Virus record (IMG/VR): IMGVR_UViG_3300039286_000350
Coordinates: 66,984 to 108,108 of that record
DNA: 41,125 nt
Strand: one strand, 5' to 3'
Source: a virus
Both the position numbers and the translations under genes were made by a program. Of the stretch, positions 9,816 to 18,321 are shown piece after piece; within the stretch, counting starts at the first letter, position 1; every line of letters starts with the position of its first letter. The notes under the pieces are model-generated. The model was not told where the DNA came from. It saw nothing but the letters and a program-made list of their open reading frames with translations, and ran no database searches.

Positions 9816-10240
9816 CAGGTCACCTCGATCAGGATCCGCTGGTCAGTCGTACCGTCCCAGGAAACCGTGAAGCCGTGTTTCTCGAGGATAGAGACAGCTG
9901 TCTTTCCGTGCTTGACAGAGCTTCCCCATCCGAGGTACATGGAGGAAACAAGAGTGTCACCGTACTCCGTCTCAGCATCCTCAAATTCCTCTTCCTCATA
10001 GGAAGGCTGAGACAAAACCTCGAAGGACTCTTCGTCCTGCTCGTGGAAGAAGACGAACGGGTCGCCGTCTTTGACGCCGTCAGCGTCGAACTGCGCCAGT
10101 GCACAGCCAGAGCAGCAGAGGTCGGCCATCTGAGTGGCGAAACCCTGCTCTTTCAGCTCATCAAAGGCTGCACAAAGCGCCTCCCGATCGGTTGCGTGGT
10201 GAACTACAGTCTCCATTACGTTCCCTTCTTCGGTGGTCAT
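9815..10240 (-). CDS. DUF6891-like protein (CCxxC motif)
   Basis: AFDEL...GF...CCSGCA...FFHEQD...YLGW...L..HG..V.WDG pattern, recalled from memory. Confidence 0.55.
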   Translation of the reverse strand: MTTEEGNVMETVVHHATDREALCAAFDELKEQGFATQMADLCCSGCALAQFDADGVKDGDPFVFFHEQDEESFEVLSQPSYEEEEFEDAETEYGDTLVSSMYLGWGSSVKHGKTAVSILEKHGFTVSWDGTTDQRILIEVT

Positions 10241-10270
10241 ACATATCTATCGACCGTAGACACAACCACT

Positions 10271-10789
10271 TCAACTAGGCCATGGGGATTCTGGAGTATC
10301 TCCTGGAGCCGGGGCAGAGTCAATTGGTTTGGAAACCGGGAGTCGGGGCGGTCCTTCCTCGGCGTCGTCGCTGAACTCGGGAGCGGGAGGCTCGGGCCTG
10401 TCCGTGGGCGGAACTCTCGCAGGTGGTGGGGATTGCGGCAGATCAACCTTCTCGCGCGCGGCTAGCTCCCCACGGTTCCGTACTTCTGTTTCAATAGCTC
10501 TCACATGACCTTCGTACCGGTTAAGGTCAGCAGAGGGTTTCGTTCGATTCACTCGTTTCCTAGCCTGCTCAAGAGCACGGTCTAGCTCCTCGTCGGACAT
10601 GCCCGACAAAGACACTCCTCTCTTGCGATCTAGCGGTACAGCAGTGAGGGTCGCCTTCTTTTGTGCGGGTGGTTTGTTTGGTGGTCGAGGAGAGCGGTCA
10701 CGCTCACGTTGCTCAGGGGTCCGATCTCCCATAATACCCAAGGCACGAGCTGCGAGCTTCCTAGTTTTCGAGGAATAACGTTTAGTCAT
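10271..10789 (-). CDS. Hypothetical protein, basic N-terminus and Pro-rich tail
   Basis: ATGA overlap with the upstream gene. Confidence 0.7.
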   Translation of the reverse strand: MTKRYSSKTRKLAARALGIMGDRTPEQRERDRSPRPPNKPPAQKKATLTAVPLDRKRGVSLSGMSDEELDRALEQARKRVNRTKPSADLNRYEGHVRAIETEVRNRGELAAREKVDLPQSPPPARVPPTDRPEPPAPEFSDDAEEGPPRLPVSKPIDSAPAPGDTPESPWPS

Positions 10790-11352
10790 GCAGCCACCCG
10801 CGGATCAAGCAGACGCTCATTCATCAGCCTTCGCATCACAACATTGACTTCATAATCAGCTGATTCCAAATCGAAGACCTTGCAGATCGCCCGCTCCATG
10901 ATCAGATACATTGCCTCCTCAGAGTGTCCCGTTGGGATCACAATCCTGGTCTTTCGTCTATCTCTCCGAGCTATGGCTACTGCTGCAACATCATTTCGAT
11001 GCTTCTCGAACAGGTGGCGAATGTCCCTCAAGACCTCGCGCCAGGTCACACAATCCCAAAACTTATGGCCCCACTCGGGGCCAGGATACGCAGGGAACAA
11101 ATGAGGTTTGATTGGTGAACGGTGGTTCATCCCTCGCCGTTCTAGCTCAGGAACCACCATATCATCATGGTATTCAATCAGCGCAGATCGCTTACCATGG
11201 AAAGGTTTAGCTTGAGGTCCATTCGACCAGCCGGACGGTTTTCCACGCTCGAAGTGTTTATAGAGCACAGAAAGACAAATATGGGTCTCATTGTGCTGAG
11301 CGAGGAGACGCCTGTTGTCTAGGCACCTCATGGGAAGTCTCCAGATTCTTAT
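10786..11352 (-). CDS. Pyrimidine-dimer DNA glycosylase / DenV-like protein
   Basis: (M)RIW.LP...LD.RRLLAQHNE.H and EL.RRGMNH.SP match the T4 endonuclease V-like family. Start proposed at ATA 11352; the ORF track gives TTG 11394. Confidence 0.75.
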   Translation of the reverse strand: MRIWRLPMRCLDNRRLLAQHNETHICLSVLYKHFERGKPSGWSNGPQAKPFHGKRSALIEYHDDMVVPELERRGMNHRSPIKPHLFPAYPGPEWGHKFWDCVTWREVLRDIRHLFEKHRNDVAAVAIARRDRRKTRIVIPTGHSEEAMYLIMERAICKVFDLESADYEVNVVMRRLMNERLLDPRVAA

Positions 11353-11873
11353 GAGAGTGCCCTTTCCTTCTTTGCCAAAGCCGCCAAGGTACAATCCTCG
11401 TACAGCAATCTGAGCAAAGGGTCAGGGTTCGCCACTCTCACCGAAACGGTGTGACGCTGCTCTCCATGAACGGTCGTCTCATGGTCGAAACGCTCGCAGA
11501 ACTCAGCAAACGCATCAGCAATCTCCATCTGTCGAGTGTTGACAACCAGGCGTAGCCGCTTGTGTCCACGATCAAAGTCAACACAACCATCACCATCGAT
11601 CATCCCACGCCAGTAGTGCCTACGTAAATGAGGGTTAGTCCTGAACACATGAGGATGAATCAGACCGGGCCGTTCGAAAGGGAAAGTCACACCTAGCCGG
11701 CCTTGAGTATATTCCACAACTGGAAGATCCCAAAGCTGACCAATCGCATGTATCAGCGACTGATCCGTTACTTGGATGAGACGGCATTTACTACCCAACG
11801 TCTCACCATCAGCTACAAGAAGGCCTCGGACGTAAGCCTCAGTTGGAGTTCCGATCCTCATGGGGATTAACAA
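11349..11873 (-). CDS. Free-standing double-motif LAGLIDADG endonuclease-like protein
   Basis: Two motifs: AYVRGLLVADG and HYWRGMIDGDG. Confidence 0.8.
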   Translation of the reverse strand: MLIPMRIGTPTEAYVRGLLVADGETLGSKCRLIQVTDQSLIHAIGQLWDLPVVEYTQGRLGVTFPFERPGLIHPHVFRTNPHLRRHYWRGMIDGDGCVDFDRGHKRLRLVVNTRQMEIADAFAEFCERFDHETTVHGEQRHTVSVRVANPDPLLRLLYEDCTLAALAKKERALS

Positions 11874-11899
11874 GTAGTACCCGCACGGACCAGGAACTC

Positions 11900-11929
11900 A
11901 AAGGAAAGGCCGACACTTGGTCGGCCTCT
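11900..11929 (-). terminator. Intrinsic terminator
   Basis: Minus strand AGGCCGAC-CAAGT-GTCGGCCT followed by TTCCTTT, just after the 435-aa gene stop. Confidence 0.7.
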
Positions 11930-11944
11930 CCTCGATGGTGCTAT

Positions 11945-13252
11945 TTAGAAAGCACGCTCTTCGGAAAGAGCATAAGCGCGCTTCTTAATTTCCTCGGTCT
12001 GTGGGTTACCCTCATTGCGAAGGTTGCAGGTGTTCAATGTCTGCACCCCAACATCAGGGAACTCAACGTCAACCAGACCACCAGTGATCGGCTCGTGGCG
12101 ATGGATGATCACTCCAATCTCGTCGTGGGCGCGATCTATACGAGATGCCCTATCGCCGATCTGGAACGTGCTTGACTGCGGTTCGCTTCCTTGCGGCTCT
12201 TCCTCCAAAAGATCAAGCTCTGGAGGAGCCGTAGATTTGGCCTGCGCGACAAGGGCATCATCACCCTCCAGGTCACTAGCCGCCTGTTTCGCTTGCTCCT
12301 CGGCCTCCTGTTCAGCCTCTGCAGTATCCGCGTCACGCTCGGCGACGAGGTCATCCGCAGACGGTTCCTCTGGAGGCCATTGTTCTCCAGCCTCTGCTGC
12401 TGCGCTAGAGACTGCGTGTTGCGGACTGCTCTCCGGGAGCTCAGCCGTAGTGCTCTCCACCTCACGTCTTAGTGGCTCGGCCGCGGCCTCAGCAGCAGCT
12501 TCTCGCTGCCCCTGGTCGTCGGGAGACGAGCTAGTTGGGGACTCCTGCTCTCGGGCGGCGTCCACATCATCACGTTTCTCTGCATACTCCTCGTCCATCT
12601 CGGGAGCAGCTGGATCCTCTATCTCAGGATCAGACGCGGCTTTGTCCGCCTGGTCGCGAAGTGACCCATCTTCGAACGGTTCCGCAGACGGTTCCTCTGC
12701 AGGAGCTTCCGCGTAAGCAATCTTCTCGCGTAGATCATCTCCAGACATACTCTGGAGATCACCTTCCACGCCAAGTTCTTCGGCACGCTGCACCAACAAA
12801 CTAAAATCATCTGGGTCTTCGGGAGCAGCATCTTCTGGTGCAACTTCCTCTGAGGAAGTTGTCTCCTCGTCCTGGTCAGAGGGAGTTTCCTCTGGCTCGG
12901 TTGGTTCCCCAGTGGAAGCCTCAGTAGGGGCATCCTCGACTGGTTCCTCAGGGGAAGCCTCTACCGGAGGGTCCGAGGCCGGACTATCTTCAGGGGAAGT
13001 CTCTGGCTCGGGAGGTGGCTCTTCCGGTGCCGGATCAGTCGGTGGGTCTGCCTCCTCAGCTTCCGCTTCGGGGAAGAGCTTTGCATCAACAGCTTCTATA
13101 ACTGTTTTGCGGGGCTGGTCTCTACCTTCCTCATGCTCCTTTACTGCAATCAGTTGCTCCTCACTGAGCTCATCGAGTTTAGCGACAACCTCCTCACCGC
13201 TGAGGGAGTCATAGTTCTCGAATGGCTCAGCAGGCTGGGCGGTATCGCTCAT
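11945..13252 (-). CDS. Acidic multi-domain protein (small helical N-domain, Rho-N/HeH-like segment, SH3-like C-domain)
   Basis: PFENYDSLS..EV..KL...E...RKTV; LVQRAEELGV...MS.DDLREKI; FQIGD....IGVI...VDVEF. Long E/P/A-rich linkers. Confidence 0.75.
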   Translation of the reverse strand: MSDTAQPAEPFENYDSLSGEEVVAKLDELSEEQLIAVKEHEEGRDQPRKTVIEAVDAKLFPEAEAEEADPPTDPAPEEPPPEPETSPEDSPASDPPVEASPEEPVEDAPTEASTGEPTEPEETPSDQDEETTSSEEVAPEDAAPEDPDDFSLLVQRAEELGVEGDLQSMSGDDLREKIAYAEAPAEEPSAEPFEDGSLRDQADKAASDPEIEDPAAPEMDEEYAEKRDDVDAAREQESPTSSSPDDQGQREAAAEAAAEPLRREVESTTAELPESSPQHAVSSAAAEAGEQWPPEEPSADDLVAERDADTAEAEQEAEEQAKQAASDLEGDDALVAQAKSTAPPELDLLEEEPQGSEPQSSTFQIGDRASRIDRAHDEIGVIIHRHEPITGGLVDVEFPDVGVQTLNTCNLRNEGNPQTEEIKKRAYALSEERAF

Positions 13253-13590
13253 TGGCTACTGCTCCTTTGAGGGGTAGTCGTGGAATCGGATGGCTCATCA
13301 GGAGATGTCTCCTCAGAGGAATCCGGCTGTGGAACGTCAGTATGCTCTGGTTGGAGTTCTTGAGGCAACTCTGCCTGGGGCTCCGTTTCGGGAGTCCCTG
13401 CTTCCTGACCGTCTATCTCATCAAGCTTCTTTAGAACCTCTGTGCGGCCGCCATCATGAGCTTCTTGCTCATAGGCTCTAATCGCCGCTACATCAACGGA
13501 TCCACGCTCTGCCAAAATGCTCAGCTTCTCAACAATCTCCGCTACTGATTGAGAATCGTAGTTGGCGATTGGGAGATGCTCTGCAGACAT
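13249..13590 (-). CDS. Small protein with the same helical domain as the downstream gene
   Basis: LPIANYDSQSVAEIVEKL...IRAYE...RTEVL, plus an acidic tail. Confidence 0.75.
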   Translation of the reverse strand: MSAEHLPIANYDSQSVAEIVEKLSILAERGSVDVAAIRAYEQEAHDGGRTEVLKKLDEIDGQEAGTPETEPQAELPQELQPEHTDVPQPDSSEETSPDEPSDSTTTPQRSSSQ

Positions 13591-13599
13591 TGGTTCCTT

Positions 13600-14118
13600 T
13601 CAGGCAGCTTGAGCTGCCACCTCTGGCTCATCGAGCCGTTCGAAACTTCTTGACAGTGTCACAGGTGAGACATCCACCAAGCTTGCCGCATACTCGACAC
13701 CTTGACATTGCGCTACATCATGAAGCAGTCGAAGGATCGTCTCAGTCGATTGTCCTGCGAAGTTTCGGAACAGGACCAGCTTCCTGATCCAATACGAGAT
13801 CGTGGATCGCGACAGTTTGAGTTTGTCAGCGGTTCCTTGGATCCCATAATTTTTCTTAAGATCACGTAGTAGCATCTCCAGGCCGGACGGTGACTGCTCA
13901 TATTCTGGGAACAAAGCTACTTTGTCACGCATTGCTGGAGGCCAACGCGCATAGCACAAGAGCGAACAGTACTCGCGGTGGCCGTGCATGTTCTGCCTGA
14001 CACGATGTGTCGTTACGGGGTTACGACAATCGAACCCCTTGCAAAACGTCACCGACACCCTATGCTCTAAGGAGTCAACGGGTACCGCCTGCGCGCTTGT
14101 TGCTACCGGGTCGGGCAA
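13600..14118 (-). CDS. Zn-finger plus double HTH regulator
   Basis: CKGFDC...YCSLLC; HTHs GIQGTADKLKLSRSTISYWI and GVEYAASLVDVSPVTLSR. Confidence 0.7.
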   Translation of the reverse strand: MPDPVATSAQAVPVDSLEHRVSVTFCKGFDCRNPVTTHRVRQNMHGHREYCSLLCYARWPPAMRDKVALFPEYEQSPSGLEMLLRDLKKNYGIQGTADKLKLSRSTISYWIRKLVLFRNFAGQSTETILRLLHDVAQCQGVEYAASLVDVSPVTLSRSFERLDEPEVAAQAA

Positions 14119-14177
14119 CTCAGTAGTTATGCCGCCAGAGAACTTGGAAACCCAACGGTGCGTCCAGGATCGGAGAC

Positions 14178-17100
14178 TTAATGAGCCGAGAGGAGAACGC
14201 CTTCGCGCTTGTGTAGCTCTCTCAGACAGAAGTCTGTTGAAACCGGCTCGTCAAACAGGTTTATCTCAATAGGCCGTTCCGTAACACCGCAAGTCGGGCG
14301 GAAGAAGTCCTCCTGAGAGTCATCGACCTTTAGGTAAGAATCGACGCGGCGGGCAGGGATCGAATATATTTTGCTCATCGCTTTCGGGAAGAGAGCACCG
14401 TACATATCGTACGGTGAGAGCCTGTTTTTCAGGATCATGCTCACCATGACCGAGGTCCCTGACTTGTGCGCCCACAGATCGTGGATGAACGGACGAGCGT
14501 TAATCTCCTCTCGTTCGACACCCATGAATCCCTCGGAGCGTAGCTCAACAAGGAACTCCTCTGAGTCAAGGGCGGCACTGAGACGGGAGACAACTAGATC
14601 CTCCTCCTCAGCATCGAACGTCATCTCATAGTGGGACATGTCGGCGACAGATCTTACTCCGACCATTCCAGTCGTGTAGCTCTTCGCTCCGAGGACCTCC
14701 CAGTGAGGTAGGAGACCTGACTCGCGCATCTCTTTGAGAAGAACATCCATATCGACCATGTCGAAGAAGCGGGCGTCGATATAGTCGGTTCCATATAGGT
14801 GGTTGCGGAATGGGATGTTGTCCGAGGCAAACTGGACAGACCGCTTGTCAACCGGAGTATCTAGCTGGTATAGAGCACGTCGGAAGTAGAATTTCCAGTA
14901 CTCGTTCTCCGTGAAACGTCTGTTGGCAGGAGTAGATACCTTGAAACGTATCCGCTGGACGTTGCCGCGCTGCTTGATGATTTTCACGTTTTTGATGTCT
15001 ACTTCAGGATCCTCATTCTCATGGAGCTTGTGACGAAGACCGTGGTCGAATTTGTCACATACCCCGCAAAGGTCACAAAGCTGGTCGCACTTAGTAGTCT
15101 GCACCGCATTCTGGAAATCGAGGTACCTCTTCCATAGATACTGTTTGGTGACCGCCACATTGACGAAGTCCCAAGGAAGAATCTCGGTGTAAGGCTTCTC
15201 GTGGAGGAAGACGTCCCACACAGTCTCAGTTTCCTCCTCCCCATCCGCGTTGATGAATATGTTGGGGACGAAGTCCGGGAACAGCTGGTTGAGTTTCTCC
15301 TCCAGCTTGTGTCTAGTTCCCTTTGGAGTAGATCCGTAGTGAACCATGTCTTCCACAGTCACCAACCATTTAATGATCGGCCAGATCCTACGGTCCGCGA
15401 GGTGCAAGAGCTGCATAAGATAGGCCTCATCGACCTTGGCCCCAGAACCTAGACGGAAGGAGATTCCGAGAGCCTTCAAGGCTGGGAACACGTCCATCAA
15501 AGAGCGTTTATCAAGGGTCGGACGGCAGAACTGCATGGGAGTAAAGGATTGGATTACGAGAGGTGTCCAGGAAAACTTGATATCGCATTTGGCACCAATC
15601 TCGTCCCTCAGCTTGGCTGCTTTTGCTGCAAGCTCTACAACCTCCATCACATCTGCATGAGTCTCGCCAGGGATGTTAGCAATCATGAAGTACTTGATCT
15701 TTCGGTACCCCGCTCGCAGCAAGTGGGAGGTTGCGGTCAGGAGCTCGTCCTCCGTGCAGTTCTTGTTTAGCATGTCACGGATACGCTGTGAATTACCCTC
15801 GACTCCTAGTGAGCAAGTGTCATTGCCCATGAATCCGGTTAGCATCACAAAGTTTTCATCCTCAGCCATCTCGTCAACACGCTGAGAGATCAGCTTGATC
15901 TGGTCGCTGTGCTCCTCCAAGGTCCTGCGCATGAGCTGTTTCTTCTGGGTGTAGGAAGACGCGCAGAAAGCAGACGGGAGGACGTTGAGAGAGCCGGTCT
16001 CAGTCATCAACTCGCCGAGAGCCGCAGCTGCCTTGTCAGCAGACTGCTCTCGATAAGGCATCCAGGTCATTCCCTCCTGACAGAAGGAGCACTTGGCATT
16101 GCATCCTCTAGATATCAGTAGGGTCCCAGCAGACATGCCTGGGTCGTGGTAGGACACTACCTGATCCATATGAATGTAGTCCTCGTTCAGGTCTTTAATG
16201 TAGACCCGATCGACTGTGAGAGGAAGGAACGCGTCGATCAGCTCATCAATCTCGCCAGTTCCGTCCGTTAGCGACGTGATCTCACTCTCGGAGACGTGCT
16301 CTTTGATAAACGCGTAGTTCCGCAAGCGCTCTTTGATGACCGGATGGGCACGTCCATCCTCACCTTGCTCAAAATATGTCTCCTCGTGGAAGGCGGGAAT
16401 GTAGATCCCAGGGATCCCTCGCTTGCCTTTCTTCGCTTCCGCCTCAGTCCGATAATCGAGGGTTGTCGCCATGTACCACATGGTGTCCCACTTCGACATT
16501 CCTTTCTCCAAGCAGAGAGCCTGCGCTCGGAGGACGTTAGACAGGTGAGGCTCGGCGTCCCCGATGTACATCCAATCGTACATCGCGTAGAACGGCTCAG
16601 GTGAGAAGGAGTGGCATCCTCCACGTCCGATGATCGGCCAGCTGTCATCTCGTTCGGTGTACTCAATGGGGATACCAGTCATCTCAAGCATCTTGATGAT
16701 GTTGATATCTACACCGCAGTAGGAGCCCGAGAACATACACAGATCGAATTCCTTGATATCCCGCTTGGTCTCGAGGGTAAACATCGGTAGACCGCGCTTG
16801 CGGAAGCGATCCAAGTCGCTTCGGGACATTGGGAAATAGGATCGCTCGCAGACGAAGGAAGGGTTCTGATTGTTGACGAGTGAGTAGACCAGAGGGATGC
16901 CCAAGTTGCCGGCAAGACCAGTATAGGAAGAGCCTCCAATCGCGGCAACGCGGAAGGGTGCGAGTGCCCAGGACTCATCTGACTTCTGCACAGTGCCGAT
17001 CTCGTCGCCGTAATAAGCCGAGGGCACCGTCATGTGGTGCATGTTCTCGTCCATCCACTCTGCAATACGTTCCCTAGACCAGAAACCCTCCATCTTCGAT

Positions 17101-17261
17101 GGTCTTGGCTCGTCTAGGAGCTTGTTCCAAAGAGCGTCTGGATTCCTGTCTGCGTCGTAAAGTTTGCCGTATCTGTTTGCGGTGGTGATGGGATCAGCAC
17201 CATCGGAGACGAGGGTTTGTGTTGTCTGGACCTCGTCTAGCTCAAGTGTAGTGCCGGCCAT
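14178..17261 (-). CDS. B12-binding radical SAM protein (TIGR03960-like) fused to a TIGR03936/DUF2344-like domain
   Basis: P.AY.GDE, GNLG..L.Y, ERSY.P, LP.FTLE...I.EFD, GG...SPEP, IGDAE; SRGCNAKCSFC; LPWD...C...CDLCGVC; then VQRIRF...RF.......FRRAL. Confidence 0.88.
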   Translation of the reverse strand: MAGTTLELDEVQTTQTLVSDGADPITTANRYGKLYDADRNPDALWNKLLDEPRPSKMEGFWSRERIAEWMDENMHHMTVPSAYYGDEIGTVQKSDESWALAPFRVAAIGGSSYTGLAGNLGIPLVYSLVNNQNPSFVCERSYFPMSRSDLDRFRKRGLPMFTLETKRDIKEFDLCMFSGSYCGVDINIIKMLEMTGIPIEYTERDDSWPIIGRGGCHSFSPEPFYAMYDWMYIGDAEPHLSNVLRAQALCLEKGMSKWDTMWYMATTLDYRTEAEAKKGKRGIPGIYIPAFHEETYFEQGEDGRAHPVIKERLRNYAFIKEHVSESEITSLTDGTGEIDELIDAFLPLTVDRVYIKDLNEDYIHMDQVVSYHDPGMSAGTLLISRGCNAKCSFCQEGMTWMPYREQSADKAAAALGELMTETGSLNVLPSAFCASSYTQKKQLMRRTLEEHSDQIKLISQRVDEMAEDENFVMLTGFMGNDTCSLGVEGNSQRIRDMLNKNCTEDELLTATSHLLRAGYRKIKYFMIANIPGETHADVMEVVELAAKAAKLRDEIGAKCDIKFSWTPLVIQSFTPMQFCRPTLDKRSLMDVFPALKALGISFRLGSGAKVDEAYLMQLLHLADRRIWPIIKWLVTVEDMVHYGSTPKGTRHKLEEKLNQLFPDFVPNIFINADGEEETETVWDVFLHEKPYTEILPWDFVNVAVTKQYLWKRYLDFQNAVQTTKCDQLCDLCGVCDKFDHGLRHKLHENEDPEVDIKNVKIIKQRGNVQRIRFKVSTPANRRFTENEYWKFYFRRALYQLDTPVDKRSVQFASDNIPFRNHLYGTDYIDARFFDMVDMDVLLKEMRESGLLPHWEVLGAKSYTTGMVGVRSVADMSHYEMTFDAEEEDLVVSRLSAALDSEEFLVELRSEGFMGVEREEINARPFIHDLWAHKSGTSVMVSMILKNRLSPYDMYGALFPKAMSKIYSIPARRVDSYLKVDDSQEDFFRPTCGVTERPIEINLFDEPVSTDFCLRELHKREGVLLSAH

Positions 17262-17338
17262 TTAACAAAGACCTCCGGGGTCAGATAGGATTCAGGATGC
17301 GAAGACTGCTAGATTGTTCCGGAAACAACCCGTTGCGC

Positions 17339-17998
17339 TCAATCGATCGTCATTAGCTGAGCGGAATCTCCCGAACGGCGGATCTCGTAGGCTTTGTCCG
17401 CTTCGTCAACATACTCAGGTGAGTGTGTGATCATAACGAACTGGCATTGAAGCTCACTGCCCAAAGACTGCAACAGCTTGGACAAGCCGGGGCGCTTATC
17501 TGCGTCTAGGTTAGCAAACGTCTCATCAAGAAAGATGATTCTCCTCCTAGGAGGATGCACGAAGAGAACCATCACCAGTCGAAGGAGGAAGCCAACAAGA
17601 GCGACCAGGCCTCCTCCGTGCGCTCCTCTTAGCTCAGTCTCGACCCAACCATCAGCCTCTTTCTCCAAAATCCGATACTCAAAGGTGACCTGGTTACGAG
17701 CTGTCTTCTGCTCGATCTTGAAAGCATAGTCCGCACCAAAGACAGCCTGAATACCATGAGTTACTAGAGCCTCAATCTTAGATCTGACCATCTCACGCTT
17801 CTTGTCAGTTAGGCCCTCAAACAAAGTGCGGACCTGTACCATGATCTCAGCATTTGCTTGAGCAGAACCCACCCGTGCCTCGGCCGCAGACAACTGCTCC
17901 TCTAAAAGCTGGCGCCTTGCATTGTCGCCATCAAGTTGAGAGCGGAGGTCACGTATCTGCGTTGTGACCGCGTCAACTCTGTCAGAGACAGCTGTCAC
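17339..17998 (-). CDS. SbcC/Rad50 ABC-ATPase, C-terminal half
   Basis: N-terminal coil, signature HGGG, Walker B IIFLDE, D-loop NLD, switch ITH. No Walker A. Confidence 0.85.
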   Translation of the reverse strand: MTAVSDRVDAVTTQIRDLRSQLDGDNARRQLLEEQLSAAEARVGSAQANAEIMVQVRTLFEGLTDKKREMVRSKIEALVTHGIQAVFGADYAFKIEQKTARNQVTFEYRILEKEADGWVETELRGAHGGGLVALVGFLLRLVMVLFVHPPRRRIIFLDETFANLDADKRPGLSKLLQSLGSELQCQFVMITHSPEYVDEADKAYEIRRSGDSAQLMTID

Positions 17999-18309
17999 GC
18001 AGCTAGATGGAAGCTGTGGTGTACGTCCAGGTTCGACCTACCCTGGGCTGTAATCTTATAAGAGGTTTGCTTGAAACCTGGGTTATAACGCTCTGCGAGG
18101 TCGCCAGAGCCGACCAGTTCTCGAAGATGTCGATCAAAGCGCGCTTCGTCAGGAAGCATTTCGAGGAGATGTGAGTTCTCCTCCAGCTCATTATGCAGGT
18201 TGAGGTTCATCAACTCCGAGATAACCTCCTTGGAGTAATAGATGTGTTTGCCCGCATGGCGTATATCAACCGCCCTGAGAATGGAATACTTTGCATCACT
18301 CATTGCCAT
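17995..18309 (-). CDS. Winged-helix DNA-binding protein
   Basis: HLRELV..G.L......YKITAQG wing motif. Confidence 0.6.
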   Translation of the reverse strand: MAMSDAKYSILRAVDIRHAGKHIYYSKEVISELMNLNLHNELEENSHLLEMLPDEARFDRHLRELVGSGDLAERYNPGFKQTSYKITAQGRSNLDVHHSFHLAA

Positions 18310-18321
18310 TAAAGGCTCCGA

